Assembly: GCA_965223545.1 (NCBI GenBank)
Contig: OZ245006.1
Location: forward strand, 1,664,001 to 1,728,000
Direction of reading: 5' to 3'
Source of the DNA: Planctomycetota bacterium
GTDB taxonomy: Bacteria; Planctomycetota; UBA1135; UBA2386
DNA length: 64,000 nucleotides
Positions 41,501 to 50,800 of the stretch are shown in pieces. The notes below the pieces were generated by a model that saw only the letters and a program-made list of their open reading frames with translations, did not search any database and was not told where the DNA came from. A program made the translations under genes and the position numbers. Positions within the stretch are counted from its first letter, which is position 1, and every line of letters begins with the position of its first letter.

Positions 41501-41955
41501 GGCCCACGCGCATCGTCGTCCGAATCCACGGTCACCGGGTTGGTCTTCCAGCGGCGGAGCTCGGCGAAATCGTCCAACCCATCGACGTCGGTATCCGAGG
41601 AGTTGGGATCGGTGCGGTGCTTGCACTCCTCGAAGTCGCTGAGGCCATCGCCGTCCGAGTCCGGGTTGTTGGGGTCGCTGGTCACGCGCTCGACCTCCGC
41701 GTTTTGGGTCCCGTTCCCGGTCCGGTCGACGGTGATCTCCCAACCGGCGAGCTCGAGCTCGGTGGAGAGCCCATCCCCGTCGGGATCCAGCTGCACGGCT
41801 GCGGAGCTGGAGGCGCTGCCGTCGCTGCATGCGGCGGCCACCAGGAGGAGGGCAACCGTGCAGGCACGGAGGTTGGGGCAGAAGTGCGGCTCGGCGCCAC
41901 GACTGCGGGAGAACGAACGCGGGGAGCGGAGGGGGCCCATAGGGAAACCCATCAT
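38545..41955 (-). CDS. Large lipoprotein: Ca-binding DxDGDG repeats, protective-antigen/binary-toxin-B-like domain, C-terminal beta-helix
   Basis: LLLVAAAC lipobox; DSDGDGLSDFEE; NPRVAELP; Ser/Thr-rich hairpin; VKNTGLATFTLTN; NCRFWRN/NSILWGN beta-helix; SPCVDTG...DLDGLPR...VDVGAYE tail. Confidence 0.7.
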   Translation of the reverse strand: MMGFPMGPLRSPRSFSRSRGAEPHFCPNLRACTVALLLVAAACSDGSASSSAAVQLDPDGDGLSTELELAGWEITVDRTGNGTQNAEVERVTSDPNNPDSDGDGLSDFEECKHRTDPNSSDTDVDGLDDFAELRRWKTNPVTVDSDDDARGPSQSLAPNSRLFDRNELVVLKTSPTLADTDGDGRTDFEEADDPFFNPRVAELPKAGIVVDGDIDVRLNVEYEESIGSGTEYGTAMSRGTSNARRSGGATTHSAGGSLTVGVSATAEASLPPSASVSTTVSVEATASYDFSTEQHFETESSQEATQEASRYRTDSLERTETSSSGTISFPLRVKNTGLATFTLTNFGASVLHWTPGATPNEGSFKVMATLTAKQEEFTLSPGASTPVLEVSNTDVDAAVVKRFLARPSSLILQPSVFDLRNAEGVNFKFLTENTFRRTALVEIDFGDSVETYRVATNVNRNPDSSLAGVRMFEVMDDILGLKKNDPAAGYTVQVRTGTIGGQPVAPNVEVLTSVRGQRFEVGAVPTRPARFWAIVGNRGEHAELDRSFDDIVLHAGDEIRLIYTRDEDEDGLFEFEEEFYGTSDNDSDSDGDGLDDITEVKDGWLVGSRRVYSDPRLTDTDGDGLSDAAERDGLDPTAPGDSSDPTDPDTDGDGLADGVDSFPTIPALILHVDSSLAQSGDGTTWRKAFVSLKEALDDARARNGGTVPQERTSQIWVARGTYMTPGAPFELQNELALYGGFAGGETKLAARDADPLTNATSLSAGFAGRVVVVPSGTARSATLDGFTVQEGRDSLGAGMHCQGSPTLRNLLFFGNVAPDRVLTIHSLSWVVGTGAGMSVTQERDSDVAPVLEKCVFALNRGEQAGWGTGMFIAKEFDGDVTVTLRDCTFIANGVPGSTTGAGIMVLPLKNEAPTLNVERCLFSRNGAQAISAMTILSNPVHCNITDSEFTANSSAAVGLSPGVHTITNCRFWRNVYGAIRGDGTVTVTNCMIVGHTGAPAVFSRGIMQISNSILWGNTFVVPNPPGLPLGQQQLQWTTPSMQAFHCCIEGLATIPLPGTGNFDADPLFTQLAGPDLRLRTGSPCVDTGLNFVDTNLGVAGRQPLPELDLDGLPRIVDGDGRGGATVDVGAYERQGQ

Positions 41956-42114
41956 GAAGGAAAGAGCTCGCTAAGGGTGTGAGTCAGACCGGAGCATGAC
42001 CGGAGGTTGCTCGCATACGTCACGTCGTAAGAACCGAGGACGGTTCTTCGAAACTCGCACGAACCTCTCCGACACGAACGAGCCGCCCCAGGCGTTCACC
42101 CAAAGGAAACACTC

Positions 42115-42477
42115 GTGTCCCCAAAGCAATCGGTTCGTTGCCTCACTCTCGCCGGACTCTCGCTGCTCGCCGTAGCAGCCATCCCGTTCCCCGGTGCGGG
42201 CACGCTCTTCGGCATTGGCGCCCACATCCTCCCGGGCTTCGCCACGGTGAGCGCCGGAGATGATATCACCGTGCAGAACGACGGCGACACGGCGGTGGAC
42301 GTCACGATCGTGCGCCGCGATACGAACGCCACTCTCCACTCGGCCTCGGTCAAGGCCGGCGACACCGACTCGTGGACGGTCGCCGACTCCCTGGTCGGCA
42401 AGAGTCTGCGCACCACCGTCGTCGAGCCGAGCACGAAGACCGTGGTCGCGCAGCGCGACCACCGCGTGGTGCGGTAG
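42115..42477 (+). CDS. Small secreted hypothetical protein
   Basis: Hydrophobic N-terminus, beta-rich body, AAGGA RBS upstream of GTG. Confidence 0.6.
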   Translation: MSPKQSVRCLTLAGLSLLAVAAIPFPGAGTLFGIGAHILPGFATVSAGDDITVQNDGDTAVDVTIVRRDTNATLHSASVKAGDTDSWTVADSLVGKSLRTTVVEPSTKTVVAQRDHRVVR

Positions 42478-42503
42478 CGAGAAAATCGAGTCAGACTCGG
42501 TAC
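42476..42503 (-). repeat. Degenerate REP-like unit
   Basis: AGCGAGAAAATCGAGTCAGACTCGGTAC, reverse of consensus with 3 changes; between convergent stops. Confidence 0.8.
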
Positions 42504-42504
42504 T

Positions 42505-43527
42505 TCACTGCTTGGTGTAGGTCGCCTCGAACATGCGGGCGGGCTCGGCGCTCGACGCGATGCCGTCGGCGAGGACGCTGGCCAGGGCTCCGTCTTCGCT
42601 GGTGCGCATGATACCGCGGCCGACGGAGAGACTGCCCTGTTGCGGCATCGACATCGTGTAGACCAGGTCACGCCCGTTCCAACGGCACTCGGAGCTGTGG
42701 ATCTCGCCCATGCTCGAGACGCCGGCGCTGCGATAGCTGTTGATGGTGGGATCCCAAGCGATGAAGCCGAACGCTTCGTAGTTCATCGGCTCGCCGGTCG
42801 TGTGGAACGTGCACACGGTTCCACCGAACAGCATCTCGCACCGACCCACCCCGGTGATCGCGATCTCGGCGGCGCCGGGGCCACTCATCTTTCCGTCGAT
42901 GTCGTAGGTGCCGGCCATCGCGGCCACTCTCTGCATCTCGGCCGCCGCCGGCGCCATGAACGCGGCGTCCGCCAGCTCCATGTCCGCTGAGGGGTCACCG
43001 GTCCGCTCCATCTCGCCCCGCACGTGGACGAACGGATCACCATCGCCGACGGCGCGGTGCCCGACCATCGTCCATCGATCGCCGTCCATCCGCTGGACCC
43101 AGTGGTCCATGGTGGGCAAGCCCTCTTCGACGCCGGTCGTGGTCGACACGAAAGCGCCGTTGTCGAGGACGTGCAGGTCGCTCAACACGACGGTCCCCAT
43201 GTTGCTGACCTCTAGCGTGCGGTAGCGCTGGCGCTCGCGATCCCAGCCGGTGAACACCGTGAACTGCAGCGCGCCGGGCATCGCCTCGCCGAACTCGATC
43301 CGGGTGTCCTGGCGCAGGAAGTGGCCGCCCAGAACCCAGCGGTTGTTGTCGACCGAGGTCCATTGCATCGGCGGCATGCCCGGCTGCATGACCACCGTAC
43401 CCGAGCCCTTCCAGCTGCCGACCAGTGCATCGAGCTTCTTCAGCTCGGGTGCGGGGGGCATCGGACCCTGGGCCGAGAGAGCAGCTGCTGACAACAAGAG
43501 AGAACAACACGCGACGAGGAGCTTCAT
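42505..43527 (-). CDS. Secreted protein with tandem DUF1579-like domains
   Basis: PAPELKKLDALVGSWKG, WVLGGHFL, GWD..., SNMG; second similar half ending MFEATYTK. Confidence 0.7.
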   Translation of the reverse strand: MKLLVACCSLLLSAAALSAQGPMPPAPELKKLDALVGSWKGSGTVVMQPGMPPMQWTSVDNNRWVLGGHFLRQDTRIEFGEAMPGALQFTVFTGWDRERQRYRTLEVSNMGTVVLSDLHVLDNGAFVSTTTGVEEGLPTMDHWVQRMDGDRWTMVGHRAVGDGDPFVHVRGEMERTGDPSADMELADAAFMAPAAAEMQRVAAMAGTYDIDGKMSGPGAAEIAITGVGRCEMLFGGTVCTFHTTGEPMNYEAFGFIAWDPTINSYRSAGVSSMGEIHSSECRWNGRDLVYTMSMPQQGSLSVGRGIMRTSEDGALASVLADGIASSAEPARMFEATYTKQ

Positions 43528-43706
43528 GGTTCGCCGACCTCCGTGGGCGATGAGGGATCAGGACAAAGAGAAGGACTGGTGGGGCCACGCGCGGCCGCTC
43601 ACCATCCAATGCGCCGACGGTTGGCGCGGACCTGATTCGACATTCGCATTTTCTTTCCGCGGGGACCAACTCGAATCGGAGCGCGTTCGGCCGACCGCAA
43701 CCAGGG

Positions 43707-46100
43707 TCAGCCGTTGAGCTCCACCTCGACCTCGATGACTTCCGCGCCGATCTCGACCGTGTGCAGGGGCTCGCTCGCCGAGGGGACCCAAATCTCCCAC
43801 GTACCGGCGGGCAGACCGTTGAACTCGAACTCCAGGTCACGGCCCAACCAGTGAGTTTCCCGCCAGCGACGCCCCTTCCTTGCCACGCTGCACACCTCGA
43901 CCTGCGTCGGCGCCGCGACGCCGGGCGAGCACCGCAGGCGACCGCGCAGCCCGCCGGGGTGCGGCGGCGGCAGCCGCAGGATCACGGGCTCGTCGCTGGG
44001 AACGTATTCCGGCACCAACAATCTGCGCTTGGCGCGCACCACAGTGGCGGTCAGAGGCTCTCGCACGATCAACCGGTACGACCGATGTTCGACCCCGTCG
44101 AAGGAGAAGCCGCCGGTACTGTCGGTCGTGGTTCGCGCTGCGCGCCAGCTGCCGGGCTCATTGCTCTCGCCCGCCCCCACGTGCTTGTTCAGCCGCACGA
44201 TGTAGTCATGACAGGGCTCGCCGGCATGGTTCAGCACCCGCCCCACCACGCGCATCCCGGCCAGCGGCTTGTCCAGGTTCAAGGCCAGGGTCTCGCCCGC
44301 GCGAACGGTGACCCGCCGCTCCGAGATCCACGCACCGCGCAGCGGGTCCCAAAGGCCCACCGTCGCCCGGCCTGGTCGCAGGCCAGTGACCTCGAAGCTG
44401 CGGTCCGGGCCGATGGCCGAACGACACTCGAGAATGCGAAGCGCATCCCACGCCCGGCGAAGCTGCGGCAGACATCGCACCACCGTCCCCGGCGGCAACC
44501 CCGCGGGCGCGACTCCACGCACCGTCGCGGTGCGCTCCAGACGAAGATCCGCGACGACGCGTTGGCCGCCCTGCGCACGCCGCAGCACCACCGCCCTGGG
44601 ATCGTGGGTTCGCGCGACCACAGCAGTGGGTCGATCCACGAGCGCGGGCACCTCGAACCGCCCCCCCGCGTCGGTCGTGAACCACTGGAACGAGAATCCC
44701 AGCTGCTGCACGCACACCTCGACCCCGGCGGCCGGACGCTCGTCCAGCCCGATCACGGTGCCGGCGACCACACCGGTGAACCGTTGCAGTCGCAGCATCA
44801 CGTCGTCGTTGTCGCCGGTTGCGAGGTGAATCGTCGATCGCAATCGAGGGCTGATGGCGGCCCACAGTGAGCAGGGCCCCTCCAGGACGGACACCGTGAA
44901 GTGCCCCTCGGCGTCGGTCCGCGCCAGCGCAAACGGCGGTTCGTGGGCGGCGGTCTCAGCTGCTCCGTACACGATCGCGCCGGGAACGGGCTGCCCCTCG
45001 GCGTCGACAACGCACCCCCGCTGGATCGAGTACATCTCGACGGTCGCCTCGACATCGAACGGGGCCGGCACGGTCGGCCAGCGGAGGACCGCCGAACGCT
45101 GCGCCGCTGAGCCGTACAGCAACTGGAAGTTGTCTCCAGCGCGCCGATCGAACCGAACCACACCGTGCTCGTCCGAGCGCCGCTCGACGAACTCGAGGCC
45201 ACTTCCAAGCCGCGCGCCGGCCTCGTCCACCGCCACCAAGCGCACCGGCAAGTCCACGCACGGCGAGCCATCGCGCCATCGCAAACGCGCCGACAAAGTC
45301 GGCGCCGGGACGGTCTCGATCGGCGCCGCCGAGGACGCGATCGGGGTGCGCGACGCGGCCTTCAACGGAGCCGGCCGCGCAACTTGCTCGAGCGAGTCTG
45401 CAGGAATGGCCTCAGTGGACGGTGCTCCGCTGTCCAGCGCGTCCCCGCGCGACATGGCCACAGCCGCGACCAAGACCACGACGCCGCTGGCAGCGAGGAC
45501 GGGTTGCCGCCACGCGCGCGGCCGCGCGGCAACCGGCGCACCGGTGCCATGCGAGGCCCTCGCTTGCATTGCCAACAGAGCACACAGACCGGCCGGCCCC
45601 AGATGGCGTCGCACCATCGAAAGGCCGCGCTGCAGTTGCGTGCGCACGGTGCTGGGGTTGCGCCTCAACCGACGCGCGATGTCGGTCGGCGTTTCGCCGT
45701 CCACGAGAAACGCCTCCACGACGGACCGGTGGCTGTTGGGCAGGCGAGACACGGCGTCGCGCACGAGCACCTGCGCTTCGGATCGAACGGCCGCGCCCGC
45801 CGGATCCAACGACTCGGGCGTGTCCAACCGCATTGGATCGGGCACACGCGAGCGCTCGTCGACTGCCTTGCGCCAGACGTTGGCCATGACAGCGCGCAGC
45901 CACCCGCGCGGATTGCGTTCCGGGTCGATGCGCGCCGCCATCTGCAGGGCCAACAGGAACGTCTGCTGCGTCAGATCCGCCGCGTCGTTGCGGTCTCGTG
46001 TCAACGCGAGAGCGCGCGCGTACAGACTGGCCGACTCGCGCTCCAGCAGTCCGAAGATCCAGCCTCGATCAAAGTCTCCGTTCGGGGGCAGCCTATCCAC
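43707..46100 (-). CDS. ECF sigma factor with TM and long C-terminal extension
   Basis: AADLTQQTFL, PRGWLRAVMAN, IARRLRRNPSTVRTQLQRG; TM; carboxypeptidase-regulatory-like repeats. GTG start at 46100 is tentative. Confidence 0.82.
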   Translation of the reverse strand: MDRLPPNGDFDRGWIFGLLERESASLYARALALTRDRNDAADLTQQTFLLALQMAARIDPERNPRGWLRAVMANVWRKAVDERSRVPDPMRLDTPESLDPAGAAVRSEAQVLVRDAVSRLPNSHRSVVEAFLVDGETPTDIARRLRRNPSTVRTQLQRGLSMVRRHLGPAGLCALLAMQARASHGTGAPVAARPRAWRQPVLAASGVVVLVAAVAMSRGDALDSGAPSTEAIPADSLEQVARPAPLKAASRTPIASSAAPIETVPAPTLSARLRWRDGSPCVDLPVRLVAVDEAGARLGSGLEFVERRSDEHGVVRFDRRAGDNFQLLYGSAAQRSAVLRWPTVPAPFDVEATVEMYSIQRGCVVDAEGQPVPGAIVYGAAETAAHEPPFALARTDAEGHFTVSVLEGPCSLWAAISPRLRSTIHLATGDNDDVMLRLQRFTGVVAGTVIGLDERPAAGVEVCVQQLGFSFQWFTTDAGGRFEVPALVDRPTAVVARTHDPRAVVLRRAQGGQRVVADLRLERTATVRGVAPAGLPPGTVVRCLPQLRRAWDALRILECRSAIGPDRSFEVTGLRPGRATVGLWDPLRGAWISERRVTVRAGETLALNLDKPLAGMRVVGRVLNHAGEPCHDYIVRLNKHVGAGESNEPGSWRAARTTTDSTGGFSFDGVEHRSYRLIVREPLTATVVRAKRRLLVPEYVPSDEPVILRLPPPHPGGLRGRLRCSPGVAAPTQVEVCSVARKGRRWRETHWLGRDLEFEFNGLPAGTWEIWVPSASEPLHTVEIGAEVIEVEVELNG

Positions 46101-46283
46101 TCGGAGCAAGCGTATGCGAGAGCGCGACCGACCGGCAATCCGCTCCGGGCGGCGCGCTACGCCGCCGCCACGCGGCAGTCGTGCCCCGAACAAAAAGATC
46201 CGGAATCCGTGAGACGGTGGAGCCGGTGCGCGGAACCCACCCCGCCGAGTTGGGAGTATCCTGGGAGGGAAACGCCGCCCGCC

Positions 46284-46766
46284 GTGCACTGGCTCCTCGT
46301 CTTGTCCTCTCTGCTACCGCTGACCGGAGCTGCTCTGGTATGGCGACTGGGGCACGTCAGGTGGCGCATTGCGATGGCAGTGCCACTCGCCGCGTCGGTC
46401 ATCCTGTTTCTCGGCGGGATTCGCTCGTTCCGCGTTTCCGCAGGCGGCAGCGCGGCCGCCTGGGAGTACTTGGTTTGGTTGACGCTGGTCTGGGGTGCCG
46501 CGCTCCCGCTGCTCGGCATGTTGCTCGCCGGCGGCGTGCACCCCCCGGCCGCCTTCGCCAAGCGACTTGCCGCCTTGGGCGTCGGGGTGTGTGCGTCGGC
46601 AGGGTCGATCGCCGTGCTGCTGCAGCACACCTACAGCCCCGATATCAAGACCGGCTTCGCACTCCTGTCGGTGGCCAGCTTGCTCGGGTTGGCGACGGGC
46701 ATCGCACTGGTCTGGTCTGCGGTCGCCACGCTCCGCTCGCCGAAGCTCGACCGGCACGACGCGTAG
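46284..46766 (+). CDS. Integral membrane hypothetical protein
   Basis: About 5 hydrophobic helices in the last 160 aa of ORF 45165-46766; divergent from the ECF gene. Confidence 0.6.
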   Translation: MHWLLVLSSLLPLTGAALVWRLGHVRWRIAMAVPLAASVILFLGGIRSFRVSAGGSAAAWEYLVWLTLVWGAALPLLGMLLAGGVHPPAAFAKRLAALGVGVCASAGSIAVLLQHTYSPDIKTGFALLSVASLLGLATGIALVWSAVATLRSPKLDRHDA

Positions 46767-46914
46767 GACAAAAAAGCAAACAAAGCCGTTATGGCGGCCG
46801 CGCTCCCGCCGCTGACGGCGAGCGACGGCGGTTGCATCGGAGCTCCCGCCGCACAACCTGCCCGCACCTCCCCGTGCGGGCTCGACCACGCAACGTCTTT
46901 TCAAAGGAGACATC

Positions 46915-47463
46915 ATGCTGCGCAATGGAATCCTGTCTGTCGGGCTCGGCACCGTGCTCTGCTCACTGGGCCTCGTCAACAACGCCACCGTGCCGGCTGC
47001 CGCCGCGGCGGAAGTCGCGGTCCCGACTCCCACGGGACCTTCGCCGAACGAGTTCATCTTCGGCCTGTCGGTCGCCGGCGTGTATCGCAACAGCTTCTCG
47101 GTCGGCGGCACGACGACCGTGGACGGATTGACCACCTTCCACGCGGACGGGACCTACAACTCGGTCGACGACAACGACCAGGTGCCGGGAAACTGGAACA
47201 CGATGACACACGGAATCTGGAAGCGGACCGGCCCGCTCCAACTGACCCTGCGCCAGATCAACCACGACTTCGACGCGAACGGCGCCCTGGAGTTCTTCGT
47301 CCGCACCGATCTGGTGGGAGACTTCGACCCCAACCTGCAGGGGGGTACGTTCGCCGGCTCGGTCGAGCTGTTTGCGGCCAGCCAGGACCCGCTGGATCCG
47401 AACGCGACGCCGATCGCGCGGATTCCCGTCACCGGGACTTCGCAGCGCATGTCCGTCCGGTAG
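46915..47463 (+). CDS. Secreted beta-barrel-like hypothetical protein
   Basis: AAGGAG RBS, signal peptide, LTTFHADGT...HGIWKRTG. Confidence 0.7.
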   Translation: MLRNGILSVGLGTVLCSLGLVNNATVPAAAAAEVAVPTPTGPSPNEFIFGLSVAGVYRNSFSVGGTTTVDGLTTFHADGTYNSVDDNDQVPGNWNTMTHGIWKRTGPLQLTLRQINHDFDANGALEFFVRTDLVGDFDPNLQGGTFAGSVELFAASQDPLDPNATPIARIPVTGTSQRMSVR

Positions 47464-47821
47464 GGCACGACCGGGCGTCGGCTTCCGGATGGTCGCTGGC
47501 CGGCAACCGTCGGTATCGACGGCTCCACGCCGGCTCAGCGGCCGGCGCAAACGCGGGAATCGCTGGCTCGACCTCCCTCGCGCAGCGGTCGCTCCTCGGT
47601 TGCGGCCTCGACTGCGCTGGGCAAGGCACGGAGGTCGGCCTCGCGCATGGTTCTTGCAGTGGCTCGGGTTGCTGACGACCACCCGCCGGGTGATTCGGTC
47701 CAGCGCTTTGTCGAGAGTCTCTGCCGCTCGAGTTTCTGCAACCATTCGGGCACTCCAGTGCGCGTCGCTCCCGCGGGTGGCGACGCAAGCCCTGCCCACT
47801 CGCAAGATCCGATCGAGGTCC

Positions 47822-50800
47822 ATGCCCCCCATGCCAACTCCACGCCGACTCGTTGCTTCCCTGTTCCCCACGGTCATGGCGTGCATCGCGCCCGCCGCAG
47901 CGCAGACTCTGGTCGCCGATATCGCCCAGTCGCCAATCCAGATCCCGCAGCCGGCATCGTGGCCGAACAACCCGTACCGCGCGTTCGGCGGCATCTTGTT
48001 CGGTGCGGACCTGACCAGCTTCGGCAGCGAGCTCTGGTTCAGCGACGGCACCGTCGCCGGAACCCGCCTGCTGGCCGACATCGAGCCCGGCTACCGCGGC
48101 TCCAACCCGCGGGGCTTCGCCACGCTGGCATCCGGGAACGTCGTCTTCAGCGCGGAGTCTGCTGACCTGGGCCGTGAGCTGTGGGTGACGGACGGCACGG
48201 CTGCGGGCACGCGCCTGGTCGCCGACCTCGCGCCGGGAACCACTGGGTCTTCCCCCGGCGGACTGACCGCCATCGGCGGAGTGGTCCTGTTCTTCGCCGA
48301 CGACGGGACGCGTGGCCTCGAGCTGTGGAGCACGGATGGCACGGCGGCCGGAACGGCACTCGTCGTCGATCTCACTCCCGGACCGATTGGTCTGTTTGCC
48401 ATCCCACCGATCACCGAACTGAGCAACGCCGCGCTCTTCATTACAGCCCCCCTCGGCGGCGGGTGGCAGCTGTGGCGTTCGGATGGCACCGCAGCTGGCA
48501 CCACGATGCTGCGCTTCGAGTTCACTGCGACTCGACCGAGGGCCGGTGGGTTCACCACGCTCGGCACCCGCGCGGTGTTCTGGGGCGACGGCGCCGCCGG
48601 CGCGGAGCCATGGGTGACGGACGGCACGAGTGCCGGCACGATGCTGCTCGCCGACGTGCTGCCGGGGGCTCTTCCCTCGCAGGTTCTCGGCCCGTACGCA
48701 GCCAGGCATTTCGTCGCGGCGGGCGGCCGCGCGTGGTTCTTGGCTTTCGGCGCCTCGGTGGGCCACGAGCTTTGGCTCACCGACGGAACACCGAGCGGCA
48801 CGCGCATCGTCACGACACTGGGTTCGCTCGCCGCCCGCCCTGGGGCGCTGCTCGGCGAAGTCGCCGGCGGCGACCTCGCATTCATGCTCGCCATGGACGC
48901 CGCGGTCGGGCAGTACGGGCTCTATCGTTCCGACGGCACCGCCGCAGGAACGGGACTGGTCTCCGTGCTCGGCAAGTCGATCGAGAACGTCCCCACCCCC
49001 GGAGTGGCCTTCGCGGGGGCGCTGTACTTCGCCGGGATCGGCAACGAGGGCACCGAGCTGTGGCGGACGGACGGCACCGCTGCTGGAACGGCGATCGTGT
49101 CCGATCTGCGGCCGGGAGCGACGGGGTCGGTGCCAACGGAGATGATCGACGCCGGCGGAACACTCGTGTTCAGCGCGGACGACGGCACAAGCGGACGCGA
49201 GCTGTGGCTGAGCGACGGGTCCGCTGCCGGCACGCGCATTGCGGACCTGGCCAAGGGTCCGATCAATTCCAGCTCGCATCCGCAGCTGATCGGCGTGCTC
49301 GACGGCAACAGCTACTGGCAAGTGTGGGCTGGGACCCCGGGCCCAACGTCGATCTGGCGATCGGACGGCACCACCGCCGGCACCACTGCTGTCTTGCCGA
49401 GCGCGCCCTTCGTCTTCCCCCCGACCGGTTTCGCTTCGGCCGTCGACTTCGCGATCTTCGGCGCGGTCGACCCCAACATCGGCGTCGAGCCGTGGGTCAT
49501 CGACTCCGCCGGCGTTCGGCCCCTCGTGGACCTGCGACCCGGCACCCGGGGCTCGGTGCGTGCCGAGTTCGCCAGCCTGGGCGACCGCATCGTGTTTGCC
49601 GCCGACGACGGCGTGCGCGGCAACGAGCTGTGGGTTACCGATGGCACCGCGGCCGGTACCGCGATCCTGGCCGACTTGGTGCCGGGATCCTCGCCATCCG
49701 ACCCCCACTCGCTGTTCGCTTGGAACGGGCAGGTGTTCTTCGCTGCGACCGACCCGACGCTGGGTACGGAGCTGCACGTCACCGACGGCACACCCAGCGG
49801 CACACGCCTGGTGCAAGACATCTACACGGGACGCAACCCGGCACTCCTGCAACCGGAGTTCACAGGCCTGGGAGACTTCGTCTACTTCGCCGCGGAAGAC
49901 GGCATCCACGGTCGAGAGCTGTGGCGCAGCGACGGCACGTCGGCCGGTACTGCTCTCGTGCACGACACCAACGGCATCTCGTTCTTTGGTGCCAAGCCGT
50001 ACGGGATGGCGGCGGTCGGTGACCGTGTCTTCTTCGCCGCGACGGTCGCTCTCGGTCAGTGGGTGCTGAGCACCGACGGTACGCCGGCGGGCACGAGCTT
50101 CGTGCGCTACGTCCCGGGCCGGGTCGAGGGCTCGCTGCAAGCGGTGGACGACACCCAAGCGGTGTACTTCGTGAGCGACGGCGCCAACTCATCGGCCCTG
50201 TGGCGCACCGACGGCACGAACGCGGGCAGCCGTCAGCTGCTCACCCTGAATACGCACCTCCTGCAGTGGGTGCAGCCCGAGATCCACAACGTCGGCGATG
50301 GCCGCGTCTTGTTCACCGCCAACGACGGCGCAAGTGGTCAGGAGCTTTGGGTGACCGACGGCACTGCTGCCGGCACGCGGTTGGTGGTCGACATCGCGCC
50401 CGTGGACGCCGACCCAACCGACCTTCAACGGCTGGGCAACCGCGTCGTGTTCTCCGCCAACGACGGCGTGCTGGGCCGAGAGCTCCACGGCATCGATTTG
50501 CTCGACACCGGCGCCTACGCGGCCGACCGCTACGGCTTCGGCTGCCCCGGCACCGGCGGCGTCGAGCCGAGCATCGAGGCGCGCGGCGCCGTGCGCAGCA
50601 GTCTCGGCAGCTGGCCCCTGGGGATCGACCGCGCGCTGCCGAGCAGCGCCGCGGCGGTGCTCGTCGGCGCCACCCGCCTCCGACTCCCCTTGTCGGGCAG
50701 CCTCTGCCGGCTGTGGACCGCACCGCTGGTCGCCCTGCCGGTGGCCATCGATCCGATGGGCAGCGCGACCCTCAACCTACCCGCCCCACCCGTCTCGGCA

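Noticed and set aside
45165..46283. N-terminal 370 aa of ORF 45165-46766
   Set aside because: Antisense to the ECF gene; only the hydrophobic last 160 aa look real.
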